A stretch of 64,000 nt of DNA from Auanema rhodensis (lineage: Eukaryota > Animalia > Nematoda). Location of the stretch: assembly GCA_964057225.1 (NCBI GenBank), contig OZ059894.1, positions 11,718,001-11,782,000 on the forward strand. The letters run 5' to 3'. Shown piece after piece: positions 60,556-64,000 of the stretch. The notes under the pieces are model-generated. The model searched no databases. It saw nothing but the letters and a program-made list of their open reading frames with translations, and was not told the origin of the DNA. The position numbers were made by a program, and so were the translations under genes. Within the stretch, counting starts at the first letter, position 1. The number at the start of each line of letters is the position of its first letter.

Positions 60556-61735
60556 ACAGTAAAAAGTCCAATCAAGAGAGAAATTTTTTCAACACATAGT
60601 TGTTTTTTTTTTAAATATCATTGTTTTTCCTCATAACTCGGTTTAAACTCGTTCTAACCCGTTGAAATACGTCTAGAAAGTCTTTATAACATGCATATGT
60701 ATGATAGAACTTCATATTTATTGTAATAGAAAATTTTATTTTCAGACGTCTTGGTTAACAATGATATGTTTTACCCCCTTATAATTTTTATCATAATGTT
60801 CCTTATACGGAACGCTCAATGAAACTTGCTTCCAGAAAAATTTCTTTCTATTTTTTCTTCATATGTACGTAGATACTATAGAGAACTATGATAGAAAACT
60901 TTAACATTTACGAAATCATCATTTCTCATTACGCTACGGAGGTTTAAAAAGCTGTGTTTTACCTTATAATAGACCGGAAAACCCTTGTGTTAAAACTGGA
61001 CCGTTTTTACACATATAAAAATGTCCCGTATTCGGGACCCTAATGTAACTTTTGATTCCCTATATTTTTTTTCATGAAATTTACAATCTACTGTAGAAAG
61101 AAGAATTATTTTTATAAAAACTGTAAATTTTTGAAAAATGAAAACAAAACGAAAACAAAAACAACTTTTTTTTGAACATTTTCTCACACAAGGGTCCCCC
61201 CTTACCTACTTTTTTTCTCATTACTCGTTTCAACCTCATCCGATCACTCTGCAAACATGTTTAATCGTTCTAACTTGTTGAAATACGTCTTAAAAGTCTA
61301 AACAACATGCATATGCATAATAGAAACCACCCGAATAGGCCCCCACGCACTAAACGAGATATATACATTACCAGTATAGTAATAGAACACATATTGAAGA
61401 TTAATTCGATAAGAACAATTTATTGACGTAGAGAATGTTTGTTCCGAAAAACTACAATATTAAACTATAAAAGTAACAAAAGCGTAGAGGCAGCAAAGAC
61501 ATGAATAAACATAAATGTAAATACAGAATTACCAGGTAGTACATAAGTATGACAAAAAATTATAAGAAAGCCATGAAAATAGAAGGTTTGTGAACAAATG
61601 AGAGGTACATCTTTGATCGTATAGTCATTTCTAAACCGTTCGTATGCTGCAGCATCGTCATAAGCGTCACTCAAGTTGAATTTCCATGTGTACTACACGA
61701 TTTTCATTCTTATTGTTACATTCTTTCCCTGAGGG

Positions 61736-61921
61736 AATGGGCCGTTCCCGCCAGCAGTGGAAGAGCGGGTCGACCCGTGAGGTGGAGCTAGCAAGCCAGC
61801 ATCTACCTCAAGTCTCAAAAATCGGTTAACCTTATTGTGAACCAATGGAACACATATCGAAGGTTAATTCGATAAGAACGATTACTACACTTTGATCTTA
61901 GCCAAAAGGCCGAGAAGCGAT
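61736..61921 (-). ncRNA. U2: U2 snRNA (loop IV variant)
   Basis: Array copy with one substitution at 61760. Confidence 0.94.
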
Positions 61922-62363
61922 ACAGCATAGCCATGAGTATCAAAGACATCAAGCAAATGTATCGTACTTGTTACGAGTGCACTCTCTCATTTGAATATAA
62001 AAGTGTGGTTTGACAATCTTGACTGTACAGGTCATAAATGGCTCATATAAACTGTGGATTTACTCAACTTTTGGACTTATTTTTTTCTTATTCGAAGCGC
62101 TGCACTTTTTTCTATTCTTTTTATTCAAATACTTGTATATAGTTTTATATGTACGGTTGCAAAGTTTCCGAATATTTTATATATTTTTATACAATAATTA
62201 GGAGAAGGTTAATACAATGAAATCTCCCAACTTTACAGTGTTTGTATTGCTTACAGTATCTAGAACAACCACTCTTGTAATATTAGAGCACATATCAATC
62301 AACAACTTTTTCTAGTTATCAAAGCTTTTTTATTTCTTCAAGATATTTCAAATAAAATATAAA

Positions 62364-62482
62364 AGCTTACGACACCCGGGATTCCCAAGCCGTCTCCGAT
62401 CCAAGTACTAACCGGGCCCAACGTTGCTTGACTTGCCAGATCGGACGGGATGGCGTACTTTCAACGTGGTATGGTCGTAAGC
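62364..62482 (-). rRNA. 5S: 5S rRNA
   Basis: Array copy. Confidence 0.96.
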
Positions 62483-62723
62483 AATGTTATATTCTTCATT
62501 ATCAGTTATATCACTCTAAATCTTGTTGTTAATAGTTAGGACCACAAAGAAAACAACAGGAACAGTAACAAATGAAATGCCCAAACTTTACAGTGTTCGA
62601 GTTATTTACAGTATCTAAGACTACCTCTGTCGTGTTATTAGAGCAAACATTCGATTAACAACAACTTTTTTTTAGTTATCAAAGCTTTTTTATTTCTTCA
62701 AAAAATTTCAAATAAAATATAAA

Positions 62724-62842
62724 AGCTTACGACACCCGGGATTCCCAAGCCGTCTCCGATCCAAGTACTAACCGGGCCCAACGTTGCTTGACTTGCCAGA
62801 TCGGACGGGATGGCGTACTTTCAACGTGGTATGGTCGTAAGC
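62724..62842 (-). rRNA. 5S: 5S rRNA
   Basis: Array copy. Confidence 0.96.
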
Positions 62843-62984
62843 AATGTCATATTCTTCATTATCAGTTATATCACTCTAAATCTTGTTGTTAATAGATACG
62901 ACCACAAAGAAAACAACAGGAACAGTAACAATAACAAAAAAAATTTTTTTTTCACCTATGTGTCTAAAGGTTAGCCATGTATCC

Positions 62985-63032
<48 letters not shown>

Positions 63033-64000
63033 ACAGTAAAAAGTCCAATCAAGAGAGAAATTTTTTCAACACATAGTTGTTTTTTTTTAAAATATCATTG
63101 TTTTTCCTCATAACTCGGTTTAAACTCGTTCTAACCCGTTGAAATACGTCTAGAAAGTCTTTATAACATGCATATGTATGATAGAACTTCATATTTATTG
63201 TAATAGAAAATTTTATTTTCAGACGTCTTGGTTAACAATGATATGTTTTACCCCCTTATAATTTTTATCATAATGTTCCTTATACGGAACGCTCAATGAA
63301 ACTTGCTTCCAGAAAAATTTCTTTCTATTTTTTCTTCATATGTACGTAGATACTATAGAGAACTATGATAGAAAACTTTAACATTCACGAAATCATCATT
63401 TCTCATTACGCTACGGAGGTTTAAAAAGCTGTGTTTTACCTTATAATAGACCGGAAAACCCTTGTGTTAAAACTGGACCGTTTTTACACATATAAAAATG
63501 TCCCGTATTCGGGACCCTAATGTAACTTTTGATTCCCTATATTTTTTTTCATGAAATTTACAATCTACTGTAGAAAGAAGAATTATTTTTATAAAAACTG
63601 TAAATTTTTGAAAAATGAAAACAAAACGAAAACAAAAACAACTTTTTTTTGAACATTTTCTCACACAAGGGTCCCCCCTTACCTACTTTTTTTCTCATTA
63701 CTCGTTTCAACCTCATCCGATCACTCTGCAAACATGTTTAATCGTTCTAACTTGTTGAAATACGTCTTAAAAGTCTAAACAACATGCATATGCATAATAG
63801 AAACCACCCGAATAGGCCCCCACGCACTAAACGAGATATATACATTACCAGTATAGTAATAGAACACATATTGAAGATTAATTCGATAAGAACAATTTAT
63901 TGACGTAGAGAATGTTTGTTCCGAAAAACTACAATATTAAACTATAAAAGTAACAAAAGCGTAGAGGCAGCAAAGACATGAATAAACATAAATGTAAATA

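Larger units (their letters stand above)
45744..62009. repeat. 8,133-bp higher-order duplication of a three-unit block (approximate bounds)
   Basis: Unit lengths 2477/2479/3177, the MITE and the aacatttacg variant all recur in register 8,133 bp apart. Confidence 0.85.
1..64000. repeat. Tandem array of a ~2.46-2.50 kb U2 snRNA + 2x 5S rRNA unit (22 U2 loci)
   Basis: Near-identical sequence recurs with periods of 2457-2501 bp in uninterrupted units (e.g. ORF-track anchors 241, 2718, 5181 ... 62010). Length variation comes from the (TA)n tract, insertions and two deletions. Confidence 0.99.

Noticed and set aside
1-64000. CRISPR-like array or prokaryotic retron/group II intron interpretation
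   Set aside because: Repeats are kb-scale units with eukaryotic U2/5S genes and no unique spacers, and the RT has non-LTR RLE architecture.

Overview
Eukaryotic tandem array, most likely from a nematode: both the 5S and U2 sequences resemble my recollection of the C. elegans genes, and the spacers are AT-rich. The ~2.46-2.50 kb unit carries one U2 snRNA gene and two 5S rRNA genes, all on the minus strand, plus a variable (TA)n tract. I count 22 U2 loci and 41 5S genes. Four U2 loci are interrupted at the same position (U2 nt ~39/40, just after the branch-point recognition sequence GTAGTA) by five insertions. Two are intact ~3.7 kb RLE-type non-LTR retrotransposons (Utopia-like, 1092-aa ORF). 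Three are short elements with no long ORF, belonging to two related SINE-like families (A, 787 bp, two copies; B, 865 bp). Each family has a U2-derived 5' head of fixed length (U2 nt 1-96 or 1-79), followed by a short sequence complementary to the U2 branch-point recognition region. One copy ends exactly at U2 +1 with a target deletion, which suggests the transposition RNA is a U2-promoter chimeric transcript. A decayed fossil of the short element is fixed in every repeat unit. A 700-bp Tc1/mariner-type MITE occurs twice in the (TA)n tract, within an 8,133-bp higher-order duplication. The short repeated ORFs in the track are judged spurious. All coordinates were read by eye or derived from unit offsets; no database search was run.
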